Assembly (NCBI GenBank): GCA_030603365.1
Contig: JAUVXV010000009.1
Coordinates: forward strand, 80,568-144,567
Length of the DNA: 64,000 nt
Reading direction: 5' to 3'
Source of the DNA: Candidatus Heimdallarchaeota archaeon
GTDB taxonomy: Archaea; Asgardarchaeota; Heimdallarchaeia; Heimdallarchaeales; Heimdallarchaeaceae
This document shows positions 20,159 through 30,748 of the stretch, one piece after another. Position numbers and translations under genes: made by a program. Numbering within the stretch: position 1 is the stretch's first letter; the number at the start of each line of letters is the position of its first letter. The notes under the pieces were generated by a model, which saw only the letters and a program-made list of their open reading frames with translations, was not told the origin of the DNA and did no database searches.

Positions 20159-20183
20159 ACATACTATAACACATATAGTATGT
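20159..20183. promoter_or_regulatory. Perfect inverted repeat ACATACTATA-N5-TATAGTATGT; candidate PadR operator
   Basis: 10-bp arms in the divergent padR/TPR intergenic region. Confidence 0.6.
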
Positions 20184-20224
20184 GCCGTATATAAATATTT
20201 CTAAATGAAAGTTTCAACAGTAGA

Positions 20225-21130
20225 GTGAAGAAAATGAGCAAGGATAGCACAAAAGAAGAATATCTTGCATTAGTTGAACAAGGTGACAAATATTTCACAA
20301 ATCAGCAGTACGTTGAAGCTATAGAGTTTTTTCGAAAAGCGAAAAATCTTGACCCATCTGAAGTAGAAGCTTATCGAGCTTTAGCTGATACATATTTAGA
20401 AATAGAAAATTTATCGGAAGCAATGGCCAATTGTAAAACTGCTCTAGACATCAATCCTCAAGATGATGAAACATTGCTTATTATGGGGAATGTATTTTAT
20501 GAAAAGGGAGAGATTGAAGAATCTCTAAATTACTATCAAAAATCTCTGGAAATAAAAGGGGAGAATGTTGATGCTCTATTCAATATTGGTATGATATACT
20601 TAAAACAAAAAGAACTCGAAAAGGCTTTAACCACTTTCAAAAAAGGTGAATCTATAGCTCCAACAGATTTGGGAATACTGGGTATGATTACAGACATACT
20701 TGAGGATCTTGAAAAAATACCAGAAGCAATAGATTACTATTACAGAATTGTAAAACTCCTACCTGATGCTTTTTCTATTTGGATTAGATTAGCTGAACTT
20801 CATTATGATAGAAAGGAATACATAGAATCCAAAAAATGCCAAAAAGAAATCCTTCGAATTGACCCATTAGATTATCTCAGTTGGTGTAATCTGGGAGTGG
20901 TTCAGTTGGAATTAGGAGAGGTTGATAAAGCAATTGAAAGTATTAATAAATCAATAGAGATTTTTCCTGACTTATCAAATTCATGGCATAGTCTCGGAGA
21001 ATCTTTTGAACGCAAAGGTGCATTAGCCGAAGCATTAGAACATTATGAAAAGGCTGTTAATCTTAGCCCTAAGAATGAAACTCATGAAGAGGATTTTGAC
21101 AGACTAAAGAGAAAACTTGAGGAGAAGTAG
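20225..21130 (+). CDS. Tetratricopeptide repeat protein
   Basis: About 8 repeats of 34 aa with TPR consensus (A...Y.KA..L.P). Confidence 0.9.
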   Translation: MKKMSKDSTKEEYLALVEQGDKYFTNQQYVEAIEFFRKAKNLDPSEVEAYRALADTYLEIENLSEAMANCKTALDINPQDDETLLIMGNVFYEKGEIEESLNYYQKSLEIKGENVDALFNIGMIYLKQKELEKALTTFKKGESIAPTDLGILGMITDILEDLEKIPEAIDYYYRIVKLLPDAFSIWIRLAELHYDRKEYIESKKCQKEILRIDPLDYLSWCNLGVVQLELGEVDKAIESINKSIEIFPDLSNSWHSLGESFERKGALAEALEHYEKAVNLSPKNETHEEDFDRLKRKLEEK

Positions 21131-21136
21131 TTAGTT

Positions 21137-21781
21137 TTAAGGGTAGCACATCTCCCAAGTAGGATTAAAACTATGGATCATCTCCATCATCTCATTATAA
21201 CCTTCAGTTGAAAAGAAAGGTTCAGGACAAGTTTGATCATTTTTATAACTTATATCAAAATGAATATGGGCACTAACTTGAACGTAGAGAAATCTGGCTA
21301 TCTCCTGACCTAGTTCTACCCAATCTCCTTCTTGTACTTTTATCATAGCTAACTGTTTATCCTTATCCTCAACATTCTGTGTCCATGGTTCGAAATTATA
21401 ACCCAAAGTTATACTTCTGTTGAAGCGGATATAAATACTAACATGGAACCTGTTTTCTACTCCTTCTCCATAATCTCTCCAACGTATTTCTTCAACCCGT
21501 CCTGGAGTTGCAGCAATAACTTTCGAATCATTCAGTAAGAAATAATCGAGTCCATTATGCTCAAATCCCCAAGGACATGCATCAGATTCACTGTACCCCT
21601 CATTGAACGCATAGTTATCTGAACGGTTGGTATAGATAACATTCATGTAATCAAGTTCTTCTGATGGATAAAGTTCTCCAGGATCGAATGTAATTATATC
21701 CCAGAAGAAGTATAAAGTTGCTCCTCCCAGTCCAGCCAATAAAATTAGGATAATTATCAAAGCCATCCAGATTTTTTTCAT
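21137..21781 (-). CDS. Membrane-anchored M23-like metallopeptidase
   Basis: N-terminal TM, HNGLD (HxxxD), VIAATPGRV, VQEGDWV..GQ, HIHF (HxH). Confidence 0.7.
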   Translation of the reverse strand: MKKIWMALIIILILLAGLGGATLYFFWDIITFDPGELYPSEELDYMNVIYTNRSDNYAFNEGYSESDACPWGFEHNGLDYFLLNDSKVIAATPGRVEEIRWRDYGEGVENRFHVSIYIRFNRSITLGYNFEPWTQNVEDKDKQLAMIKVQEGDWVELGQEIARFLYVQVSAHIHFDISYKNDQTCPEPFFSTEGYNEMMEMIHSFNPTWEMCYP

Positions 21782-21978
21782 ACCAGTATATTTCTCTTTG
21801 CACATATAATGTTTATTCAATACTGAAGAAAAATAAACAGAAACCTCATAAAATTCTAGTGATTTTTGATGTGGTCAAATTCGCACAGATGTGCGTTTTA
21901 GCGCCCAGTGTTTGGGAAATGTGAAGCTTTTTAACACTGATAGATTTGGTGTTAACAACTCCTAAAATGGTGAACATT

Positions 21979-22530
21979 ATGGGTTTAGATTTTTTTAAAG
22001 AAAGTTGGAAAAATAAAGATATAGCCATTTGGCTAGTTCTCATCCGATTGATTATAGGAATAGAATGGTTCATAGCTGGATTACAGAAGATAATAGGTGG
22101 TACTTTTGTTTCAGATATGCCTAATACTCTATGGTATTTTATTAATGGACCTGACCCGGTAAATTTAGGTACAAATCCTAATATTTGGTATGTTAATCTA
22201 ATAAACAATGCTTTCACACCAAATGCAGAACTTTTTGGTTATTTAGTAATGATTGGAGAATTTGCATTAGGAATAGCACTGATTTTTGGTATATTCGTAA
22301 ACTTTAGCGCCATTGTAAGTATATTCATGAATATCAATTTTATATTCGCTGCAGGTTGGTTAGGCGCTTCAACTATGTCAGTAAATTGGATAATGGCTGT
22401 AATTGGTCTTATCCTCATCTTAAGTCCTGGAGTAAAGACTCTCAGTGTGGATAAGTTTGTTGCGAATAAAGTTCCTGTACTAAGAAGATTCCTCATAGAT
22501 TGGTTTGGTTTTGAGAAATTAGTTGAATAA
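21979..22530 (+). CDS. DoxX/DoxD family membrane protein
   Basis: RLIIGIEWFIAGLQK, GEFALGIAL, SVD. Confidence 0.8.
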   Translation: MGLDFFKESWKNKDIAIWLVLIRLIIGIEWFIAGLQKIIGGTFVSDMPNTLWYFINGPDPVNLGTNPNIWYVNLINNAFTPNAELFGYLVMIGEFALGIALIFGIFVNFSAIVSIFMNINFIFAAGWLGASTMSVNWIMAVIGLILILSPGVKTLSVDKFVANKVPVLRRFLIDWFGFEKLVE

Positions 22531-22585
22531 TCCTTCGTAGGTTTATCCTACATTTTTTTTGTTAAAAGAAAAATAGAAGAAGAGT

Positions 22586-23473
22586 TTAGATCTCTTTCTC
22601 ATACATAGATGATGAGCTTATTTTAGCAAATCCCATTTTTTCATATTCATCTAATTTTGCAACCATTCCTCCAAACAATAAAGCCCTTAATTCATCTATT
22701 TCCTGTTCTTTGCACAAATCGACGATTTTAGCAATTAATTGAAGTCTATATTTTTCTTCGGTAGCATGGATATAACCCACATAAACTTCCGGAAGATCTG
22801 CAGTTTTTGCAGCATATGTTCTAGCTACGATTTTTTCATCATCTCTAATAACATAATGTCCTAGAATTCCTTCAGATTTTTCAATTACATCGAAATTTTG
22901 TCTTGCCTGTTCCTCAGTCATGCCTAGTTCTTTAATGAATATTCCAACTAACTCATCTAAATCTCTCTCTTTATCGTAAGATAAAACAGCTGTTGTATCC
23001 TCTTTAATCTCCAAGGATTTTACATTCTGACCAACAATATAGGCTGTATCACGAATGTGCTTAAACTGCAATCTTTCTGCTATTTCTTGATATTCTCCCC
23101 ATGTATCATTTGCATAAGTTCGAAGAATATTTGCTCCTTTAGCTTTAAGAGTCTCTACTGCTTTAGTAATAAGTAAATCTTTTGCTTCATCATGTCCTTC
23201 CAGAACCATAGGAGGACTTAGATTTCCAATTGTTTTGTCTTCCACTTTCTCAGGAAGTATACTAGTTGTTAGAAAACCAACCATTTCCTCTCCCTTAAAA
23301 CAATACAATCTGGTTTCAGGATCGAATTCAGGTTGAGAGTAGACTTCTTTCAATCTTTCAGCATTTGTTTGACCAAAAAGTTGCCAACCTTTGCATACTT
23401 CAGTTCCTATCTTAACTTGGTTCTCAATAAAACCTTCTTGATAGTGTTTTAGTTCGTAATCTGTCATAATCAA
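22586..23473 (-). CDS. Tandem GNAT-fold protein
   Basis: Two GNAT-like halves (GEEMVGF; YEKMGF). Confidence 0.6.
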   Translation of the reverse strand: MIMTDYELKHYQEGFIENQVKIGTEVCKGWQLFGQTNAERLKEVYSQPEFDPETRLYCFKGEEMVGFLTTSILPEKVEDKTIGNLSPPMVLEGHDEAKDLLITKAVETLKAKGANILRTYANDTWGEYQEIAERLQFKHIRDTAYIVGQNVKSLEIKEDTTAVLSYDKERDLDELVGIFIKELGMTEEQARQNFDVIEKSEGILGHYVIRDDEKIVARTYAAKTADLPEVYVGYIHATEEKYRLQLIAKIVDLCKEQEIDELRALLFGGMVAKLDEYEKMGFAKISSSSMYEKEI

Positions 23474-23589
23474 AGATTTGGTTGGACAATTAATAAACCT
23501 TATCTGTTACACGATTCTTCCTTCTTTTCTACACTAAATAGTGCAAAGAATTAAATATCTCAAAATTTGCCTTTATTTGTATCATCTAG

Positions 23590-24057
23590 GTGGGTTTGAT
23601 GAATAAAAAAGATGAATTCTTTAAAAATCAAATTGAATTGGAAAATGAAATAGTCGCTACAGCTGAAAAGTCTGTTTCCGAAATCAAGAATCTTCTAGTA
23701 AAAGAAATGATATTATCTATAGCTCTTGATTCAAAGAAACATGCCAACATGCTCAGTGCTCTTTTAGCTATTCAATCTTCCACACAGCCATTTATAGCGG
23801 AAAAAATATCTAAAGAGTTAAACGAAAATATAATTAAGCATATTAAGCTTGAGCAAAAAGCAATTGAGACTTACAAACAGCTTCTAGAGGAAGTAGATAA
23901 TGAACAAGAGAAGATGATAATCCAGGCAATTTATCATGATGAATTAAGACATCACGCACTTCTGAAGAAGATTTACACAACTATTATTGATAAAGAGACA
24001 TTTGATGAAGGGGAAGTATGGGAATTTATTAAAGATGATTTTATCCCTCAATACTAA
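23590..24057 (+). CDS. Ferritin-like (rubrerythrin-like) four-helix protein
   Basis: E..DSKKH and E..DELRHH ligand pattern. Confidence 0.75.
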   Translation: MGLMNKKDEFFKNQIELENEIVATAEKSVSEIKNLLVKEMILSIALDSKKHANMLSALLAIQSSTQPFIAEKISKELNENIIKHIKLEQKAIETYKQLLEEVDNEQEKMIIQAIYHDELRHHALLKKIYTTIIDKETFDEGEVWEFIKDDFIPQY

Positions 24058-24102
24058 TCCTCTATTCTACTAACTTTTATTAATGGTTTTACAAAGTAAT
24101 CA

Positions 24103-24981
24103 TTGATTTACTTGAAAGTTGTCAAGGTTGGTACTCGTGGATTTGTTTTTAGTTTTGATGATCCTTATCTATTAAACATCTATGTAATTAATGGTGACAA
24201 TCATATCTTTATTTGTGATACAGGCTTTGGATCTGAAACAATAAATGATATTTTATCACATTTAAACAAACAAGGTATTCACTCTAAACCTTATATTGTC
24301 TTCAATTCTCATGCTGATTATGATCATGTATGGGGGAATCATATTTTCATAGATTCGCAGATAATTGCGCAGGAACTTTCTCCTGAGATATTCGAAAAAG
24401 AAGGAAAAGAGATATTAGAAAAATATGCTGCTCATAAAAGAGGAGAAGTGATTCTAACACCTCCAAACAAACTGTTTAAAGAAAAGATTGTTTTTGATGA
24501 GGAAGAAATAGAATTTTATCACTCACCAGGACACACTCTTGAATCTTCCTCTTGTTATGATAGAAGAGATCAAATCCTCTTTGTAGGTGATAATATAGAA
24601 ACCCCTTACCCATACATTAACTTCTCAAACCTTGAAGATTACAAAGCTACTTTGAAGGAATATCTTTCTCGGGAAACTAAAGTAGTTATTTCTGGTCATG
24701 ATGAAATAATGTATAATACACAGCTAATAGAAAGCAATCTAGATTATTTAGAGAAACTTTCTAGTGGAGAAGTAGATAGATCACAATTTACTAAGAAACA
24801 CAGAGGAATTCATTTTATGAATATTACAAGATTGGGAGAGATGATGAAGGAATCTGATAATATCGAAAAGGCAAGAATGTATTATGCAGAAGCTTTGAGC
24901 ATTTTAGAGGAGATTGAAAAAACTCCTGAAATCGAACTTAACATTAATGAAATAACTACCATTTTAAGGGAATTAGTTTAG
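24103..24981 (+). CDS. MBL-fold metallo-hydrolase with C-terminal TPR-like helix
   Basis: SHADYDH, PGHT, VGD, SGH. Confidence 0.85.
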   Translation: MIYLKVVKVGTRGFVFSFDDPYLLNIYVINGDNHIFICDTGFGSETINDILSHLNKQGIHSKPYIVFNSHADYDHVWGNHIFIDSQIIAQELSPEIFEKEGKEILEKYAAHKRGEVILTPPNKLFKEKIVFDEEEIEFYHSPGHTLESSSCYDRRDQILFVGDNIETPYPYINFSNLEDYKATLKEYLSRETKVVISGHDEIMYNTQLIESNLDYLEKLSSGEVDRSQFTKKHRGIHFMNITRLGEMMKESDNIEKARMYYAEALSILEEIEKTPEIELNINEITTILRELV

Positions 24982-25076
24982 ATATTACAACTGTTTCAAC
25001 TAATATCTTTAAAACAACCTTAGAATAATTCCAATAAGATATAAATATAACTAGTTTTGTTCAATATCGCTAGTAG

Positions 25077-26984
25077 TTGGAAAATATGACTTCTGCAAAC
25101 AACATCACCAATAATCAAGAGATTCAAGATAAAGAAACTCAACTTTTAATGGGAAACAGAGCGGTAGTTCAAGGTCTTTTGGAAGCCAAAGTCGGTCTTG
25201 CAACTGCTTATCCGGGAACACCAAGTACTGAAATACAAATGCAATTATACAAGCTGAGTAAAAAGGGACAAATCTACTTTGAATTTTCAGTAAATGAAAA
25301 AGTTGCATTAGAGATAGCTGCTGCTTCAGCATTATCAGGAGTCAGATCAGCTGTTATTATGAAACATGTAGGATTGAATGTTGCTTCTGATCCATTAATG
25401 GCTCTAGCCTATTTTGGTGTTGTAGGGGGAATGGTTCTTGTAGTAGTTGATGATCCTGGATGTTTATCAAGCCAGAATGAACAAGATTCTAGATTTTGGG
25501 GCAAATTCTCTCATTTACCAATATTAGAACCTTCCACATCTCAAGAAGTAAAAGATACAATAGTCAAAGCTTTTGAATTATCAGAAAGGTATAACTCAGT
25601 ATTTATTGTTCGTTTAACTAACTATACTTCTTTAAATACTTCAGAGGTTGAGAAGAACGTCATCGAAGAAGAAATGAAGAGGGATGGAACTTTCTTTAAA
25701 GATGTTCGATATATTGTACCAGCTAGGTATGTCTACCACAAGGAGCTACATGGGAAAATCAAAGCCATTAGAGCAGATAAAGAATTTCTCGGATTTAATG
25801 AATTAAGATATTCTGATTCTAAATCTGATAAATTGATAATAACTCAAGGGTCTATCTTCCCAATGGTGGAATATACTAGAAACTTTAGTAAATTAGATGT
25901 ACCTATTCTAAAGGTAAGTGCTATTCATCCTTTGAGTGAAGAACAACTTTGTGAAATTATTAATAATTACAAATACATCTACTTTGTAGAAGAGCTAGAA
26001 ACGTATCTAGAGGATGAAATTTCTGCAATTATTGCTAAAAACAATTTAAATGTGAAGATTATTGGAAAGGAAAAATTACGAATTCCTCAAGAAAATAAAA
26101 TTTCTCCTGATGTTCTTTTAGAACCTTTCACACTTATAGCTGCTAATCCTGATGATGAAAATACGTTCAAATATGAAGAGATTCCCAAACTACCTTTCGA
26201 ACCAGTCATTGGAAGAGAAGACTTGCTTCTTCCAAGAACCTTGCCTAGATTGTGTGATGGGTGTTCTCACAGAGGCGCATTCTATTCCATAAAGAGAGCA
26301 ACTGATGTCACTACACATATTTTACCTTCAGATATAGGTTGCTATGCTCTAGGGCAAGTTTCTCCTATTGAAGTTGGAGATTTCTGGTTATGTATGGGTG
26401 CAAGTATAGGAACTGCGATAGGATTTTCACTTACTAACAATAAACCAGTTATAGCAATTATTGGTGATGGAACTTTCTTCCATGCTGGTATTCCTCCACT
26501 TATAGATGCTGTTCTCTATAATCATAATATCACAATAGCGATCTTGAATAACCGATTAACAGCGATGACGGGGGGGCAACCTACTCCATCTTCTGATGAT
26601 GAGACGACACAGAATCAAAACTCAGTTGATATAGAAGAACTAGTAAAAGCTATTGGAGTTAAATGGGTCAAATCTGTCAGAGTAGAGAATGTTAAAGAAA
26701 ACACAAAATTGATTAGAGAGGCCATGGATTTTGAAGGACCAGCTGTAGTGATATTTAACGGTGAGTGCATAGTAGAACTCTATAAACATGATTACGATTT
26801 AGGGGAACCTCCGTACGTAGATCAAGAAACCTGTAATCACTGTGGTATATGTTTTATAGAATTTGATTGTCCATCAATTGTTAAAGTGGATGGACGTATA
26901 GAGATTAAGGAAGAGACATGTTCAGCTTGTAATATTTGCGTAAATGTCTGTCCTCAGGATGCTATTATTCCTAGAAAGAAGTAG
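25077..26984 (+). CDS. iorA: Indolepyruvate:ferredoxin oxidoreductase alpha subunit
   Basis: YPGTPS, NEKVA, KHVGLNVA, SQNEQD, LCDGCSHR, DIGCY, GDGTFFH; C-terminal ferredoxin-type Cys motifs. Confidence 0.92.
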   Translation: MENMTSANNITNNQEIQDKETQLLMGNRAVVQGLLEAKVGLATAYPGTPSTEIQMQLYKLSKKGQIYFEFSVNEKVALEIAAASALSGVRSAVIMKHVGLNVASDPLMALAYFGVVGGMVLVVVDDPGCLSSQNEQDSRFWGKFSHLPILEPSTSQEVKDTIVKAFELSERYNSVFIVRLTNYTSLNTSEVEKNVIEEEMKRDGTFFKDVRYIVPARYVYHKELHGKIKAIRADKEFLGFNELRYSDSKSDKLIITQGSIFPMVEYTRNFSKLDVPILKVSAIHPLSEEQLCEIINNYKYIYFVEELETYLEDEISAIIAKNNLNVKIIGKEKLRIPQENKISPDVLLEPFTLIAANPDDENTFKYEEIPKLPFEPVIGREDLLLPRTLPRLCDGCSHRGAFYSIKRATDVTTHILPSDIGCYALGQVSPIEVGDFWLCMGASIGTAIGFSLTNNKPVIAIIGDGTFFHAGIPPLIDAVLYNHNITIAILNNRLTAMTGGQPTPSSDDETTQNQNSVDIEELVKAIGVKWVKSVRVENVKENTKLIREAMDFEGPAVVIFNGECIVELYKHDYDLGEPPYVDQETCNHCGICFIEFDCPSIVKVDGRIEIKEETCSACNICVNVCPQDAIIPRKK

Positions 26985-27623
26985 GTGAAAAATATGAGCC
27001 AGAACACAGATAATGAAAAACCAATTAACATTGCAATAATAGGTCTTGGAGGACAAGGAGTAATCACTCTAACTAAACTGATAGCTGATGTAAGCTTTGG
27101 ACTAGGAAAGAAAGTATGTTACAATGAGATTCATGGATTATCTCAAAGAGGTGGATCTGTTCAATCTTTGCTTCGAATAAATGAAGCAGAAAATCCTGTT
27201 TTCGCTGATAAAGATGTTGATTACATAATTGGTCTAGAGATGTTAGAAGCTCTACGATACTTATATTTGGCAAAGGGGTCGACAGCAAAGGTAATTATCA
27301 CCAATAAATATCTTATCAGATCAACCTCAGATTTGGGATATGAACAGTTCCCAGATGAGGATGCAATAGTGATGGAAATAAAGAAACACTCTTCTGAGCT
27401 ATATCTTTTTGATGCTTTAGGGTTTGAAGAGAGTACAAAAACAAAATTCAAACCACTAAATGTTGCAGTTTTCTCTGCAATGACAACCTTTCAAGAATTA
27501 GGTTTACCAACAAAAAAAGCAGAAGATTTAGTAACGGAATACCTTGGACGAAATACTATCTTGCGACAAATTAACAAGAAAGCCTTTAAGGATGGTTCAA
27601 AATGGCTGAGGAAACTGGAGTGA
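26985..27623 (+). CDS. iorB: Indolepyruvate:ferredoxin oxidoreductase beta subunit
   Basis: GLGGQG, EIHGLSQRGGSV, EALRY; directly follows iorA. Confidence 0.88.
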   Translation: MKNMSQNTDNEKPINIAIIGLGGQGVITLTKLIADVSFGLGKKVCYNEIHGLSQRGGSVQSLLRINEAENPVFADKDVDYIIGLEMLEALRYLYLAKGSTAKVIITNKYLIRSTSDLGYEQFPDEDAIVMEIKKHSSELYLFDALGFEESTKTKFKPLNVAVFSAMTTFQELGLPTKKAEDLVTEYLGRNTILRQINKKAFKDGSKWLRKLE

Positions 27624-27628
27624 ATAAA

Positions 27629-28666
27629 ATGAATGTTCTAATAGTAGGTCCTGGAGCAATTGGTTGTGGTGCAGCTGCAACAATAGGAAAAAACAACCAT
27701 GTAGTTTATCTTCTTGGAAGAGATTATCACAAAAAACATTTTTCAAAAAACCCTGTAATTTACAAAGTAGGAGATAAAACCGTTTCTACCAAAATTAATC
27801 CTATAATAATGGATGATTTAAAGGATGGTAGCATCAAACCGGATGCAATTTTGATAACTCTGAAGGCAAATAGTACTATGGCATTGGTTAAAGAAATGGA
27901 ACCCTATCTTTCATCTGAAACACCAATTCTTTCTCTCCAAAATGGTTTTATAGCGCAAGATATTTTTGATAAAACTTCGTTTACTAATGTTTTTGCATGT
28001 GTTGTTGGTTTCAACAGTTTCCTAGAAGATACTGGTGTAGCAATTCAAACTACTGAAGGTGATATGATTGTTGGTAAAATTATATCAGAAGTTTCTGAAA
28101 ATACCGGTGATGATGTTCCTGGATTTATTTTTAATCTTCTAAATCACATCATTGAAACAAAAGTTTCTCAAAATATCATTAGTGATGTTTGGATGAAAGC
28201 CATGATTAACTCAACAATCAATCCTATATGTGCAATAGGTAACTTAACTCTGGGTGAATTAGGAATCTATGAACCAGGACTCAAACTTGGTCTGTGGGTC
28301 TGGAGAGAATTAGTTCATGTGGTTGATTCTTTAAATCTAAAATTGAATCCTTTTCAAGGTATTCTACATCCTGAGATGCTTTATGTGTATGATATTGTGA
28401 GTTATGGTATCGCAAGAATGGTAATATGGAAAATGACTGGAGACAATAAAGATGCAGTAGTTTCTATGCTTCAAGATGTGAGAAACAACAGATCGACAGA
28501 AATTGATTATCTAAATGGGAAAATAGTAGAAATAGGTGCTGATTATAGTCTTGAGATGCCTGTTAATAAACTACTAATTGACACAATTAAACAGATAGAG
28601 CGGGGAGAACTTAAACCTTCAAAAGGCCTTCTGAACAAACTTTATAGAAATTATATCATGCATTGA
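27629..28666 (+). CDS. panE: Ketopantoate reductase family protein
   Basis: GPGAIG, SLQNG, WMKAMINSTIN, SMLQD, TEIDYLNG. Confidence 0.8.
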   Translation: MNVLIVGPGAIGCGAAATIGKNNHVVYLLGRDYHKKHFSKNPVIYKVGDKTVSTKINPIIMDDLKDGSIKPDAILITLKANSTMALVKEMEPYLSSETPILSLQNGFIAQDIFDKTSFTNVFACVVGFNSFLEDTGVAIQTTEGDMIVGKIISEVSENTGDDVPGFIFNLLNHIIETKVSQNIISDVWMKAMINSTINPICAIGNLTLGELGIYEPGLKLGLWVWRELVHVVDSLNLKLNPFQGILHPEMLYVYDIVSYGIARMVIWKMTGDNKDAVVSMLQDVRNNRSTEIDYLNGKIVEIGADYSLEMPVNKLLIDTIKQIERGELKPSKGLLNKLYRNYIMH

Positions 28667-28788
28667 TGGAATCCATTAGTTTTTTCTTTTACTTTTTATG
28701 CTTAAATGTCTATATATAAGTGAATAATGGGTCAAACTTAAAAATGACTTTATTCCAATATAGTATTAATAGCTCTTAGGTGGTTTAA

Positions 28789-29112
28789 ATGAAAATTGAG
28801 GAACTAAAACCAGATTCGAATTTTGATGAACTAAAGGTCAGAATACTTTCAAAACAAGGTCCTAGAGAAGTACATGCTAGAGGAAACCCATTACATGTCT
28901 GGGATATTCTAGTAGTTGATGAAACTGGAACTACTACATTGACATTATGGGGAGCAACAGCTGCAGATAATTACAAAGTAGGTCAAGTTATTACAATTAG
29001 TAATGGCTGGTGTAAGATGTTTAGAGATACAAAACAAATATCCTTGGGTAGAGAAGGAAAAATGTTTCTTTCAGATGATGATCCTAGCATTCCTACCAAA
29101 CCTCCCGAATAA
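28789..29112 (+). CDS. Single-OB-fold ssDNA-binding protein (crenarchaeal SSB/RPA-like)
   Basis: MKIEELKP, DETG..TLTLWG, VGQVITISNGW. Confidence 0.8.
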   Translation: MKIEELKPDSNFDELKVRILSKQGPREVHARGNPLHVWDILVVDETGTTTLTLWGATAADNYKVGQVITISNGWCKMFRDTKQISLGREGKMFLSDDDPSIPTKPPE

Positions 29113-29188
29113 TTTACTATTGCTTCTTTAATAAAAGATATATTGCTTATTTTTCTTTTTGTTTTCAAATTAATGTTGATGTGAGTAA

Positions 29189-30259
29189 ATGAGTCAGATT
29201 ATTATTAAAAGTCCCAATCCTGATGTTATTTGGAACAGTTGGAAACAAAAAGCATCTCGTAACATAAACTTGGAAAAGCACTACAAAACTAAAGGTGCTG
29301 TATTTTCTCTCGATAGTATAATAGCTGCTGAATATGTTAAAGCTGTCAATAAAGCTGCAATTGTTTTCTTTGAAGAAATTTATGAAGCTACAACCTCTTC
29401 AGCAAAAAAAATCATTAAACAAGGCAATGTCAAATCTCTTCAGAAGGAACAATTTTACGAATTCAAAACTGTAGCAGTTAAATCAGAATGGAAGGGTCCT
29501 GAGAATGTTGCTTATTTGAATTCAATTCAAGAATATGGTTGTAGTTCATGTAGAGGTTCTGGAACCATTACTTGTTCAAAATGCAATGGCAGAAAAGACA
29601 TTATATGTTCTAACTGCAAAGGCACAACTATTGGTTGTAAAAATTGTAACTCTACAGGTAAAATAACGATAAGACTTTCTGTTATAGATCAACAAGGTAA
29701 CAAGAAAAATGTTGAAAAAACAGTTCCTTGCACTCAATGCTCAGGTACAAAAAGAGTGGAATGTTCAAGATGTGGGGGTTCAGGTAAAGTTCCCTGCGAT
29801 TCTTGCCAAGCTGAAGGAGTTAAATCTTGTAAAGATTGCGGAGGTAATGGAGTTTTATTCAAGTGGATTATTCAACCTGTGCCTTTCAAAGCAGAAAGAA
29901 CTGCCAAACCTGTTATCTTATCTTCCATAAAAGTATCCGGATTTGAAAAGGAAATGGGTGTGGAAATTCAGAAAGCAATTGAAAGAGTAGAAGGGATAGC
30001 TATTAGAGATCCATATAATGAGCTCAATCAGCGATTCATTGAACCAAGCTTAGGATACTTTACTAAAGAATTATCTAAAATCATCAATGAGACCCAGAAA
30101 AGCTGGAAAAGTGCATCCAAGAATACAGATTTTACAATCAGAAAACCAATCTATATTTATCCACTGATTGCTTTAGATTGTGAAACAGCAAAAGGAAAGA
30201 AATTCCAAGTCTTTTCAATAGGTTCAGAAAGAGGGTATCTTGTTTTTGGAAAGATATAG
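29189..30259 (+). CDS. DnaJ-type Cys-rich zinc-finger protein without a J domain (SSUH2-like architecture)
   Basis: Eight CxxC(xGxG-like) motifs in the centre; no HPD motif. Confidence 0.65.
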   Translation: MSQIIIKSPNPDVIWNSWKQKASRNINLEKHYKTKGAVFSLDSIIAAEYVKAVNKAAIVFFEEIYEATTSSAKKIIKQGNVKSLQKEQFYEFKTVAVKSEWKGPENVAYLNSIQEYGCSSCRGSGTITCSKCNGRKDIICSNCKGTTIGCKNCNSTGKITIRLSVIDQQGNKKNVEKTVPCTQCSGTKRVECSRCGGSGKVPCDSCQAEGVKSCKDCGGNGVLFKWIIQPVPFKAERTAKPVILSSIKVSGFEKEMGVEIQKAIERVEGIAIRDPYNELNQRFIEPSLGYFTKELSKIINETQKSWKSASKNTDFTIRKPIYIYPLIALDCETAKGKKFQVFSIGSERGYLVFGKI

Positions 30260-30283
30260 AGGGTTTAGTTAAACTCTTTTTTT

Positions 30284-30640
30284 CTAACAGTTCAGGTGAA
30301 ATGCACCAGCAACTTTAACACCTTTTTTTACAAGTTCATTGAATTTCTTCACAGCTTGAGTAGATTTTTCAACACTAATACTAATTTCTTTAGTTTCTAG
30401 CTTTTTAATTAGCTCTTCAGGAACCTGTACTAGACCAAACATGCCTGTCCCTACAACTAAAGTTTCAATTTCTTTCTCCTTTAGAATTTTTAAATCATCT
30501 AAGTGAAGAGCATGTCCTTTCTTTCTTCTCCAATTAGTTTCAATAGAATCGGTGAAAATTATTAGATCAGAGGTATAAGAATGTCCATTAATCACCATTT
30601 TGCCAAAACGATATTTCTCAATTATATTCACTTTAGTCAC
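30284..30640 (-). CDS. Mth938-like (DUF498) protein
   Basis: Y.FG...ING..Y.SD, LVVGTG, GAFHLNC. Confidence 0.88.
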   Translation of the reverse strand: MTKVNIIEKYRFGKMVINGHSYTSDLIIFTDSIETNWRRKKGHALHLDDLKILKEKEIETLVVGTGMFGLVQVPEELIKKLETKEISISVEKSTQAVKKFNELVKKGVKVAGAFHLNC

Positions 30641-30748
30641 CGAAGATGAGTATACATATTCTACATCTACCTTTAATCTTTTTTATTGACAAAGTATTAA
30701 ATACAAGAATTAATTATAATTCCTTGATTAGATTTAGGAGTTAAGAAA

